DNA from: an uncultured Bacilli bacterium
GTDB lineage: Bacteria; Bacillota_I; Bacilli_A; RF39; UBA660
Direction of reading: 5' to 3'
Length of the DNA stretch: 44,018 nt
NCBI GenBank assembly: GCA_947588975.1
Contig: CANQAF010000002.1
Span: forward strand, 1 to 44,018
Shown here piece after piece: positions 25,328 through 34,382 of this stretch (position 1 is its first letter; every line of letters begins with the position of its first letter). The notes beneath the pieces are model-generated. The model had not been told where the DNA came from and searched no databases. It worked only from the letters and a program-made list of their open reading frames with translations. The position numbers and the translations under genes were made by a program.

Positions 25328-27190
25328 TCACCCATAATTTTGAATTGTAGAATACATACCAAACATTGGTACGACAATTGCAAGAACAATAATACCAACC
25401 ACTACTGTTAAGAATATTGTTAACATTGGTTCAATGAATGTTTTAATTCTTGTAACTGATTCTTTATGTAATTCTTGATAATATGATGACACTTTTGCCA
25501 TCATTTCTGCTAATTCACCTGTTTTTTCTCCAGTGACTAACATTTCATATGCTGGAATTGGGAATGCCCAATGTCCTGCAAACGCAGTAGAAATTTTATC
25601 TCCCTTTGCCAAATTGGTAATGGTATCTAGAATTAACATTTTATAAATTTCATTATTGGTAATTTTATTTAAAATTTCCATACTGTCTGTAATAAAAACA
25701 TTATGTGCCAACAAAGAAGAGAAAGTTTTTGTAAACATTGTAACTTCATTATAAATTACTGTATCACCAAAGACTGGTAAATGCATTACAACCCATTGTA
25801 CAATTGTTCTAAATCCTCTTACTTTCTTATATAAGTACATAAATATTACAACAAATAATACAATACCAATAATCAAAAGTACAATATAATTTTGTAAAAA
25901 GTCACTAACTGCAATAACTGCTCTCGTGAATGCTGGAATTTGATTTTCATCAAGATTTGTATAAATTTCCACAAATTGAGGAATTACGAACATCATGATG
26001 AAAGTAATAACTGCAACTGAAAATACAAATACAAGAGATGGATACATCATTGCTGTGATCATTTGTTTTCTTGTCTTTTCAGTTTCTGTATAATAATCAT
26101 ACATGTCATCTAATACTTCTGGTAATTCTCCAGTCATTTCAGCTGTTTTTACCATGTTAATGAATAATCGAGGGAAAGCAACATTTTGTTTATTTAAAGC
26201 TTCACTGAAATTTTCTCCCATCGTTAAATCATAAATAATGGCTTTAAATATTTTTTGATATTTTTTGCTTTTAAATTGTCTTGATAATATTTTTAATGCT
26301 TCTACAAGTGGAATACCAGCTTTCAAATAGGTAGATAATTGTGTAATAAAGAAAATCAAATCTTTGGTTTTAATACGTACATTATTGGTTCTATTTTGAC
26401 CATGTAAGAAAATTTCCCATTTGCTTGCTTTTTTAATGCTATATACTTCAAATCCTTCTCCTAATAAATAAGAATGTACTTCTACTTTAGAAAAAGCTTC
26501 GAAATAATCTTTTATAACATGTCCTTCTTCATCTTTGGCTACATATTGATATAACTCTTTGGTTTCACTTTTTTGCGCATCTTCCCCATCAAAATCAATT
26601 AATAGAGCTTCTCGTTGCATCAAACGCTTATTACGTCGATGTTTTGCGAAATCATTATTAAAAATTTTATTATGAAACCACTCTGGAATATGATTCAGTT
26701 TATTCAACATTTTTTTCATTTTTTGGAAAAAAGTTTCTTTTTCAATCTTGACGTTTTCATTTACATAGATATCATTATCTTTACTCTTTTTTTCTTCAGA
26801 TACTATTTTAGTTTCTTTTTTATGAGAAACTTTTTTTACTTTTTCTTTTTTCTTTGGCAAAAGTTTATGTAGTAAAAATGGAATCATCAAAAAAATTGTG
26901 ACAATTCCTTTGAAAAAATAGTAAGCTAATCGATATGTTAAATAACAAACATAGAGTATACCTTTGAACATATAGCGAAACATTTGATAAATCCAATAAC
27001 AAACACAAGAACATCCATAAATAAAATATTTAAAGATAAATGCGAATGCTGTTGTGATAAAAAGAATTGCAAAATAAATCGTATATGCTGTTCCTAAACA
27101 AAAATATTTGATTAAAAAGATTGGTATATTTAGTAGTGTTGTAATTAATTGATATATGAATGTAAATACCTGATTGTTCATTTTCTGCAT
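25328..27190 (-). CDS. Type II secretion system F family platform protein (PilC/ComGB) with an N-terminal polytopic extension of about 200 aa
   Basis: Two T2SSF repeats (FFITQLSTYLKAGIPLVEAL...; FTKTFSSLLAHNVFITDSMEIL...) and the typical soluble N-domain (YQYVAKDEEGHVIKDYFEAFSKVEVHSYLLGEGFEVYSI). Residues 1-200 add aromatic/Cys-rich TM helices and a Lys-rich linker. Confidence 0.85.
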   Translation of the reverse strand: MQKMNNQVFTFIYQLITTLLNIPIFLIKYFCLGTAYTIYFAILFITTAFAFIFKYFIYGCSCVCYWIYQMFRYMFKGILYVCYLTYRLAYYFFKGIVTIFLMIPFLLHKLLPKKKEKVKKVSHKKETKIVSEEKKSKDNDIYVNENVKIEKETFFQKMKKMLNKLNHIPEWFHNKIFNNDFAKHRRNKRLMQREALLIDFDGEDAQKSETKELYQYVAKDEEGHVIKDYFEAFSKVEVHSYLLGEGFEVYSIKKASKWEIFLHGQNRTNNVRIKTKDLIFFITQLSTYLKAGIPLVEALKILSRQFKSKKYQKIFKAIIYDLTMGENFSEALNKQNVAFPRLFINMVKTAEMTGELPEVLDDMYDYYTETEKTRKQMITAMMYPSLVFVFSVAVITFIMMFVIPQFVEIYTNLDENQIPAFTRAVIAVSDFLQNYIVLLIIGIVLFVVIFMYLYKKVRGFRTIVQWVVMHLPVFGDTVIYNEVTMFTKTFSSLLAHNVFITDSMEILNKITNNEIYKMLILDTITNLAKGDKISTAFAGHWAFPIPAYEMLVTGEKTGELAEMMAKVSSYYQELHKESVTRIKTFIEPMLTIFLTVVVGIIVLAIVVPMFGMYSTIQNYG

Positions 27191-27304
27191 AGTTAGACAC
27201 CGTCCAATTCCCTATTTTTATACTATATAGATTATACTATAAAAAAGATTATTTGTAAAATATTTTTTAGTAGATCATATAATATTTTAGAAAGGAGTTC
27301 TATT

Positions 27305-27637
27305 ATGAATTATTATAACCCTTATTTTGGCTTTTATCCTACGGCAGCAGCAAGCTCACCAGGTTTATTTGCAAGACTATTTGGTGGAAATGGAATTCGT
27401 TGGGGCTCACTACTTTCTGGAACTCAAAAAGTTCTAGGGGTTGCTAATCAAGCAATTCCAGTGATTCGACAAATGTCACCAGTAATTAAAAATGCCAAAA
27501 CCATGTTTAAAGTCATGAATGAATTTAAAAAAGTAGACACTCCAACTTCTTCAGAACAAAATGAAAATACATCTTCACAAGAAGAAAATCAAACAATACA
27601 ATCACAAGAAACGGAAGGTCCTACTTTCTTCATATAA
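27305..27637 (+). CDS. YqfQ-like small protein
   Basis: AAAGGAG RBS. The pattern LLSGTQKVLGVANQAIPVIRQMSPVIKNAKTMFKVMNEF plus a Ser/Gln/Glu-rich tail resembles the Bacillus YqfQ family. The location next to trmK-sigA-dnaG matches Bacillus synteny. Confidence 0.55.
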   Translation: MNYYNPYFGFYPTAAASSPGLFARLFGGNGIRWGSLLSGTQKVLGVANQAIPVIRQMSPVIKNAKTMFKVMNEFKKVDTPTSSEQNENTSSQEENQTIQSQETEGPTFFI

Positions 27638-27640
27638 AAA

Positions 27641-27670
27641 CTAAAGGTGATAAGCCTTTAGTTCTTTTTT
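27641..27670 (+). terminator. Rho-independent terminator of the yqfQ-like gene, embedded in the 3' end of convergent trmK
   Basis: CTAAAGG-TGATAAG-CCTTTAG followed by TTCTTTTTTTT. Confidence 0.5.
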
Positions 27671-28306
27671 TAACCAATGGATTCTTTTTCTTATATCATA
27701 TTTTTTCTTCACATATTGTTTTGGAATATTTTGAAGTATATTGAGATATTGCTGAAGTGTTTCTTGAAAATATGGTATATTTTCAGAATGATGCATAAGA
27801 CATGGTCCTAAGAAACACTTTTTATTACTATAATGTGCATTCCCTTTTTGCCATTTCATAATAATATAATATTTGTGATTTTCTAATACTGTTTTTTCTT
27901 CTACTAAGCAAAATCCTTTTTGGGAAAATGTTTTTCTTAGTTTTTCCCACTCATTGTTGGTCTGAATAATCAAATAGGAAAAGAGATAAACTTTAGATGT
28001 ATTTAAAATAGATAAAATGGTGGAAGTTCCCATACCTGCAAGTACTGCAACTGCTTTCTTAGATGGAACAATATTATTTAGTCCATCACTTTGTATAATC
28101 TCAATTTGGTGATCTAATTGATAAGATTGAATATTTTTTTTAGCAATTTCTATTACACTAGATCTCATATCACTGGCAATACAGTGATTATTTCCTTTTT
28201 GTGTTAAATATATATCCAATAATGCATGATCACACCCAATATCAATGACCTCATAATCACTTGGAATCATAGATGCAATTGTTTCCAAGCGTTTTGATAG
28301 ATGCAT
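27641..28306 (-). CDS. trmK: tRNA (adenine(22)-N(1))-methyltransferase TrmK
   Basis: MHLSKRLETIASMIP...VIDIGCDHALLDIYL...ASD.. is the TrmK/YqfN N-terminus with the SAM motif. It lies immediately downstream of sigA. Confidence 0.8.
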   Translation of the reverse strand: MHLSKRLETIASMIPSDYEVIDIGCDHALLDIYLTQKGNNHCIASDMRSSVIEIAKKNIQSYQLDHQIEIIQSDGLNNIVPSKKAVAVLAGMGTSTILSILNTSKVYLFSYLIIQTNNEWEKLRKTFSQKGFCLVEEKTVLENHKYYIIMKWQKGNAHYSNKKCFLGPCLMHHSENIPYFQETLQQYLNILQNIPKQYVKKKYDIRKRIHWLKKELKAYHL

Positions 28307-28307
28307 A

Positions 28308-29393
28308 TTATTCCCCCATATAATCTTTTAATTTTCGAGAACGTGAAGGATGTCTTAATTTTCGTAATGCTTTGGCTTCAATTTGACGAATACGCTCTCT
28401 TGTTACACCAAATAATTGCCCTACTTCTTCCAAAGTTTTAGATTTGCCATCATCTAATCCAAAACGCAAACGAATTACTTTTTCTTCACGTTCTGTTAAA
28501 GTTTCCAAAACATCATTAATTTCATCTTTTAACATTTCATTAGTAGCATATTCTTCAGGACTTACATTACGTTCATCTTTAATAAAGTCACCTAAATGAG
28601 AATCATCTTCTTCTCCAATTGGAGTTTCCAAACTTACTGGTTCTTGACTAATTTTATATATATCTCTAATTTTATCAATAGATGTATTCATTTTAGCAGC
28701 AAGTTCTTCTTCAGAAGGTTCACGATTTAACTCTAAAGTTAATTGACGTTGAATGCGCGCTAGTTTGTTAATTGTTTCTACCATATGTACTGGAACACGA
28801 ATTGTTCTAGCTTGATCTGCAATTGCTCTTGTAATTGCTTGACGGATCCACCAAGTTGCATAAGTTGAAAATTTATAACCTTTTGTAACGTCAAATTTTT
28901 CAACTGCTTTCATTAATCCAATATTTCCCTCTTGAATCAAATCTAAGAATAACATTCCTCTTCCGACATATCGTTTTGCAATACTAACCACTAAACGTAA
29001 ATTTGCTTCTGCAAGTATAGATTTAGCCTCTGTATCTCCTGCTAAAATTCGATCTGCTAATTCTAATTCTTCATCCATAGATAACAATTTAATTTGACCA
29101 ATTTCTTTTAAATACATACGAACTGGATCATTGATTGTAAGATCTTTGGTCAATGTACTATCATCTAACAATAATTTATCACTATTACCATCATCATCTT
29201 CTGATTCTTCTTCTGAAACAACAGCAATACTATTTTCATTGAATAAATTATACAATTCATCTAGTGCATCTGCATCTAATTCTAATCCTTTTAATGAACT
29301 TGCTAATTCTTCATATGTAATAAAACCTTTTTCTTTTCCTTTTTTGACTAATTCTACTTTTCTTTCTTCAAATGTTTTAATTTCGTTTATCAT
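28308..29393 (-). CDS. sigA: RNA polymerase primary sigma factor
   Basis: Regions 1.1 to 4.2 are present, including [37 protein letters not shown] and [29 protein letters not shown]. Confidence 0.95.
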   Translation of the reverse strand: MINEIKTFEERKVELVKKGKEKGFITYEELASSLKGLELDADALDELYNLFNENSIAVVSEEESEDDDGNSDKLLLDDSTLTKDLTINDPVRMYLKEIGQIKLLSMDEELELADRILAGDTEAKSILAEANLRLVVSIAKRYVGRGMLFLDLIQEGNIGLMKAVEKFDVTKGYKFSTYATWWIRQAITRAIADQARTIRVPVHMVETINKLARIQRQLTLELNREPSEEELAAKMNTSIDKIRDIYKISQEPVSLETPIGEEDDSHLGDFIKDERNVSPEEYATNEMLKDEINDVLETLTEREEKVIRLRFGLDDGKSKTLEEVGQLFGVTRERIRQIEAKALRKLRHPSRSRKLKDYMGE

Positions 29394-29402
29394 AATTTTC
29401 TC

Positions 29403-31151
29403 CTATCTTATCATTTCTGTTTTCCGTAAATCTACTATTTTTTGACCGATTTCTGCTTTTTTCATGGGATCAATTTCCATTTGCATCATTTCTTGTAAAC
29501 GTTCACACTGAAATTTTACACCATATTCATGAATATTTTTGATATAATCCATAATTTCATCGATTGTATAATTTTCTTTTAAATCTAATGCTAATATATC
29601 ATTTAATGTTTTAGTTAATACTTCATCATTTTGTATATATGTTATAAAATCAGCAACATTAATAAATTTATAATCTTTATAAAAACAAGCGATTTGCATT
29701 GCTAACATGCGATATTCTTTGGTTGGCATATAAGTGACATGTTTTTTATATAATTGAATGACTTCTGTTGATTCTAACATATAATAAATTAAATTTTGTT
29801 CTGCTTGTTGATATTTGTTTTGTTTTATATTTTTAGGTTTAGATTCTATTTGTTTTTTTGGTTTTATTTCTTGTAATTGTTCTTTTAAAAAAGATTCTTC
29901 CAAATTTGTTTCCACACTTAATTTTTGAATGGTTAATTGTCGTAATACAGGATCGTCTACTTTTTTTAACTCATTTAAAACTTGATTGACATAAGTTGCA
30001 ATATCTTGTGAATTATTAAAATCTTTTTTTTGTTTCAAATATTTTAATTTAAAATCCATTAATTGCATTGGATTTTCTAATTTTCTTAAAAATTGTTCTT
30101 TTCCATATTTTAGTATATATTCATCTGGATCTAAATTATCTTCTAATCTTACTACTTTAGGGGTCACACCGATTTCTAATAGTTCATTGGCACAAGAAAT
30201 GGTTGCTTTCTCACCTGCTTGATCTCCATCAAAACATAAAATAATTTCTTTAGCCATTCTTTTTAATAATAGTGCTTGTTGTTTGGTAACAGCAGTTCCC
30301 ATCGTTGCAACCACATGTTCAATCCCAACTGTATATGCACGAATTACATCCATAAAACCTTCCATGACAATTACTTGTCCAATTCTTCTCGCTTCATTCT
30401 TAGCACGATGATAATTGTATAGTAATTCTCCTTTTTTAAAAACGTCTGTTTCTTTTGTATTAACATATTTAGAAGTATCACTATTTTGATAGATTCGTCC
30501 ACTGAAGCCAACCACTCTACCTTCTAAATCCCAAAGTGGAAATAAAATACGGTTATAATAAATATCATGTAATCCATATTCATTTTGATTCACTAATCCA
30601 GTTTTTAGTAATAAATTGGTATCATATCCTTTTTTTATTAATAATTTGGTTAACATTTCGGTATTTTTTAAAGAAAGCCCAATTTCAAATTCTTTGATAA
30701 TATTCGTTTCTATTCCGCGTTTATTTAAATATTCTTTTGCTTCTTTTGCCATCGAAGTACTCATATTGTTTTGATAAAATTTATGAGCAAGATCATATAC
30801 TTCATAATATGCTTCAAATTTTTTCGATTTTGGAGCTTGATAACTCGCTATTTGTAATGGAATACCTGCTTTATTTGCAAGAATTTTAACTGCTTCAATA
30901 AAATTAATGTTTTCATAATTCATTACAAAATTAAATACGTTACCTCCTGCTCCACAGGAGAAGCAACGATAAATTTGTTTTTCTCTAGAAACACTCATAC
31001 TTGGAGAATGGTCATCATGAAAGGGACATACTCCAAAAAAACTCTTTCCTTTTGATACTAATGGTATATACCCAGAGATGATATCTACAATATCCACGGA
31101 TTCACGTATGTTTTGTATTTGTTGTTCAGATAATTGATTGCCGTTCTCCAT
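29403..31151 (-). CDS. dnaG: DNA primase
   Basis: Zinc ribbon CPFHDDHSPSMSV...YRCFSCGAGGN, TOPRIM VVMEGFMDV...LCFDGDQAG. ATG 31151 with GGGAGAG RBS is preferred over the ORF-track start at 31181. Confidence 0.95.
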   Translation of the reverse strand: MENGNQLSEQQIQNIRESVDIVDIISGYIPLVSKGKSFFGVCPFHDDHSPSMSVSREKQIYRCFSCGAGGNVFNFVMNYENINFIEAVKILANKAGIPLQIASYQAPKSKKFEAYYEVYDLAHKFYQNNMSTSMAKEAKEYLNKRGIETNIIKEFEIGLSLKNTEMLTKLLIKKGYDTNLLLKTGLVNQNEYGLHDIYYNRILFPLWDLEGRVVGFSGRIYQNSDTSKYVNTKETDVFKKGELLYNYHRAKNEARRIGQVIVMEGFMDVIRAYTVGIEHVVATMGTAVTKQQALLLKRMAKEIILCFDGDQAGEKATISCANELLEIGVTPKVVRLEDNLDPDEYILKYGKEQFLRKLENPMQLMDFKLKYLKQKKDFNNSQDIATYVNQVLNELKKVDDPVLRQLTIQKLSVETNLEESFLKEQLQEIKPKKQIESKPKNIKQNKYQQAEQNLIYYMLESTEVIQLYKKHVTYMPTKEYRMLAMQIACFYKDYKFINVADFITYIQNDEVLTKTLNDILALDLKENYTIDEIMDYIKNIHEYGVKFQCERLQEMMQMEIDPMKKAEIGQKIVDLRKTEMIR

Positions 31152-31204
31152 AGAAACACTCTCCCTAATTATATTATACAATAAAACTTTTCAATTTCCT
31201 TTTT

Positions 31205-32149
31205 TTAAATGAAAAATGTTGTATCATTGATGAAAATATAATCTGTTTTATATTTTAATTCTCTTACAAGTCGAAATAATGCTTCGTCTTTCATTTTAGC
31301 TTCTATCATAACATCAAAATCTTGATTTGTAAATTTAATTTTATTTAAAAATTGAATAAATTTTTCACTATTAATATAATCATGGTGACTTCTTTTTTGA
31401 TGATTACTTTTTGGGGATGAAATATGTATTTTAGGGCATTCTTTTCTAGATGCCCATGTTGCAAAAATTCGTTCAATATAATCTTCTATTTTTTCATGAT
31501 TATGATTACATATAAAATGATGATAATCTAAAACCATTGGAATATGTAATTTTTCACATATTGATAAAGTATTTCGTACCGTAAAAATTTTATCATCATT
31601 TTCTAGTACAATCATCTTTTGTAAAGAAGGATCTAAGGCTTCAAATACACTGATAAACCTTTGCATAGCTTGTTTCTTGCCACCTACTGCACCACCAATA
31701 TGCAATACTAAAATACTTTCTAAATGCATTGCATTTAACATATTTTGATAAAATTTGAGTATATTAATAGTATTCTTTACAACATTTGGATTATCACTAT
31801 TGAGGACACAGAATTGGTCAGGATGCAAATCTACTCGTAAATGATTCTCTTTGATATATTTACCAATTTGTTCCCAATTTGCTTTATATGTATCCCATAC
31901 CTCATAATGTACATCAGGATGGGTACCTAAAGGAATTAGATTACAAGTCATTCGAAAAAAGAAAATATTGTTTTTGACATTATATTTTAAAATTTCCTGT
32001 AATGCTTCAAAATTAGATAATATCGTTTGATGTAATTTTTCATTTCCTCTTTTTTGCCCTAACCTTTTATAATGAGAATATGTAACAGTGGAAGACGATG
32101 TAATGGGAAGTGTCACAGGAAGTGCTACATAACCGAATCGAATTTGCAT
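31205..32149 (-). CDS. uvsE: UV damage endonuclease UvsE (UVDE)
   Basis: MQIRFGYVA... N-terminus as in Bacillus UvsE (MIFRFGFV). LHPDQF, VLHIGG and DYHH motifs of the TIM-barrel UVDE family. Confidence 0.85.
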   Translation of the reverse strand: MQIRFGYVALPVTLPITSSSTVTYSHYKRLGQKRGNEKLHQTILSNFEALQEILKYNVKNNIFFFRMTCNLIPLGTHPDVHYEVWDTYKANWEQIGKYIKENHLRVDLHPDQFCVLNSDNPNVVKNTINILKFYQNMLNAMHLESILVLHIGGAVGGKKQAMQRFISVFEALDPSLQKMIVLENDDKIFTVRNTLSICEKLHIPMVLDYHHFICNHNHEKIEDYIERIFATWASRKECPKIHISSPKSNHQKRSHHDYINSEKFIQFLNKIKFTNQDFDVMIEAKMKDEALFRLVRELKYKTDYIFINDTTFFI

Positions 32150-32190
32150 GAGGATCACCATCATTAGTATGAGAAAAAAGGAGAGATTTT

Positions 32191-32733
32191 ATGAACAAAA
32201 AGAAACTATTTATTAATAGTATATGGATTTTTTTATTCTGTTTTATCACGCATTTTATTTATGATTGGTTACCTGTTAACTTTCTTGCAATTTTTTTCCC
32301 TGTCAATGAAAGTACATGGGAACATATGAAAATGTTATATACGACTATTTTGTTGTTTGGTTGGTTTGAAAATTGCATTCGTCTATATCATCATCAAAAT
32401 ATTCAAATCTTTCAGATATGGATTGGAGCTATTATAAGTATACCAATATACCTTGTACTCTACCTTCCTATTTATCATTTTATCGGATATCATATGTGGC
32501 TTGCTCTTACAATATTATGGATTACTATTTATATATCACAAATCATCATACAATTAGTTAGTAGAAAAGAAAATCAGTTAACGTTATTATTTTCACTGGT
32601 AGGAATTATATTTTCTTATATTGGATTTGGTTATCTTACTTTCCATCCTATCTTGACAGATTTATTTTATGATCATCATGATCATGTATATGGTTTAAAT
32701 TATTACGAAATAAATGATAAAAATGCACAATAA
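32191..32733 (+). CDS. Polytopic membrane protein, hypothetical (possibly DUF6512-like)
   Basis: GGAGAG RBS. Four or five TM helices. N-terminal H..YDW.P......FFPVNES.WEH.K motif. The family assignment is from memory only. Confidence 0.5.
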   Translation: MNKKKLFINSIWIFLFCFITHFIYDWLPVNFLAIFFPVNESTWEHMKMLYTTILLFGWFENCIRLYHHQNIQIFQIWIGAIISIPIYLVLYLPIYHFIGYHMWLALTILWITIYISQIIIQLVSRKENQLTLLFSLVGIIFSYIGFGYLTFHPILTDLFYDHHDHVYGLNYYEINDKNAQ

Positions 32734-32752
32734 AAAACTCCTATTGGAGTTT

Positions 32753-34168
32753 TTATTTGATTTCTTTTAAATAACGTTTCACTGCATCTTCATAATGTGG
32801 TAATTGTTCAAATCCTTGTTCTGTTAATCTAATCGTACTCATGCAGGAATTTTGTGGACGTTTTACAGTTGTAGGATAATCTGTTGATAAAATAGGATGA
32901 ATTTGTGTAGTTAGTTCCGCAGTTTGATAAATATATTTTGTAAAATCATACCAACTACAAAATCCGTCATTATGTGCATGATAAATACCATATTTTTCGG
33001 TAGAAGACATATCTACTAGTAATTTTGCTAAATCAACTGTATAAGTTGGACTTCCTATCTGATCTTTTACTACATTTACTTCCTTTTTTGTTTTTGCTTG
33101 TTCTAACATTGTTTTAACAAAATTATTCCCATTTTTTCCAAATACCCATGAAGTTCTTACAATAAATGATTTTGCATATTGACTCGCAATTTGTTCTCCC
33201 ATTAATTTCGTTTTACCGTACACATTAATCGGATTGGTTGGATCATTTACAAAATATGGTGTTTCTTTTGTACCATCAAATACATAATCTGTAGATATAT
33301 AAATTACCTTGGCATCTACTTTGGCTGCACTCTCTACAATATGTTTGGTACCCCACTTATTTACTTGTTCTGCTTCTTCTTGATTGGTTTCAGCACCTTT
33401 TACATTGGTATAAGCGGCACAGTGAAAAATAACTTCTGGCTTATAACTGCAAATAATATCTTGTACACGTCTTTCATCTGTAATATCCATATCATTGCTT
33501 CCAAGTGCTAGTACATCATAAATACCGCGAGCATTTAATTCACGAACAATATCATAACCGAGTTGTCCGGTTGCACCTGTTACAAGATAACGATATTTTT
33601 TATAAAATTGGGTAGGACAATTTTTGAATAATGGAAGTGTTTGATCAGCTGCTTTCAATTTAATAGAATTAAAATCTATACCATATTTCGTACAAATTTC
33701 TTCCCATGGTATTTTTAAATCTGGATCATTCCAACGAATGCCACTCTCTTTTTTTGGAGAATAGATATTATCGACATAATATTCAAATCTCGTATCATCT
33801 TTTAAGGCTATAAATCCATGAGCAAATCCACGTGGTACAAATAACATTTTATGATTATCTTCCGTTAATTCTACTGTTGTATACTCGCCATATGTATCAG
33901 AATCTTTACGTATATCTACTACAACATCAAGTACAGCGCCTTTATTTACAAGTACTATTTTAGCTTGTGTATCTGGAGCTTCCTGATAATGCAAACCTCT
34001 TAATACACCTTTTTGACTTACACTTTGATTACATTGTTCTAGTGTAGCAAATCCAAATTGTTCCATCTCGGCACGATGAAATGGAACACAAAAAGATCCT
34101 CTGGCATCTCCAAACATGTTTGGTGTTAATATATAACAATCATTTAATTTTGTTTTTTCTATTTTCAT
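32753..34168 (-). CDS. Fused dTDP-4-dehydrorhamnose 3,5-epimerase / dTDP-4-dehydrorhamnose reductase (RfbC-RfbD)
   Basis: AGGAGG RBS before ATG 34168. The N-terminal half is RmlC (FGDARGSF, RGLHYQ, VLDVVVDIR, FVPRGFAHGF). The C-terminal half is RmlD (LVTGATGQLG, HCAAYT, YGKTKLMGE, TSWVFG). Confidence 0.85.
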   Translation of the reverse strand: MKIEKTKLNDCYILTPNMFGDARGSFCVPFHRAEMEQFGFATLEQCNQSVSQKGVLRGLHYQEAPDTQAKIVLVNKGAVLDVVVDIRKDSDTYGEYTTVELTEDNHKMLFVPRGFAHGFIALKDDTRFEYYVDNIYSPKKESGIRWNDPDLKIPWEEICTKYGIDFNSIKLKAADQTLPLFKNCPTQFYKKYRYLVTGATGQLGYDIVRELNARGIYDVLALGSNDMDITDERRVQDIICSYKPEVIFHCAAYTNVKGAETNQEEAEQVNKWGTKHIVESAAKVDAKVIYISTDYVFDGTKETPYFVNDPTNPINVYGKTKLMGEQIASQYAKSFIVRTSWVFGKNGNNFVKTMLEQAKTKKEVNVVKDQIGSPTYTVDLAKLLVDMSSTEKYGIYHAHNDGFCSWYDFTKYIYQTAELTTQIHPILSTDYPTTVKRPQNSCMSTIRLTEQGFEQLPHYEDAVKRYLKEIK

Positions 34169-34204
34169 AAAAACCTCCTGCATATTTAGTATATCATATA
34201 TCAT

Positions 34205-34228
34205 AAAAAAAAGGAACTTTAAGTTCCT
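34205..34228 (-). terminator. Rho-independent terminator downstream of comEC
   Basis: On the minus strand, AGGAAC-TTAAA-GTTCCT followed by TTTTTTT. Confidence 0.6.
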
Positions 34229-34382
34229 CATCTATATAAACGCTAACTTGCGATTAGCGAGCAAGTATAACACTATTATCTTTTGTTCTTCTTCCATAAT
34301 ATATTCTTTTTTTCTTCTTTTGTGTACATATTTGATTCTTTTTATCATAAATTTATATCAAAAAAATTTTATATAGTTTTTT

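Noticed and set aside
34169-34290. I considered a possible transcription attenuator upstream of rfbCD. Two mutually exclusive hairpins (ACTTGC...GCAAGT versus CGCTAA...TTAGCG on the minus strand) are followed by a terminator hairpin and a U-run.
   Set aside because: The terminator is more simply explained as the comEA-comEC operon terminator. An extended -10 (TGATATACT) lies between it and the rfbCD RBS, so the hairpins would not be in the rfbCD leader. The stems are only 6 bp and there is no leader peptide or known riboswitch signature.
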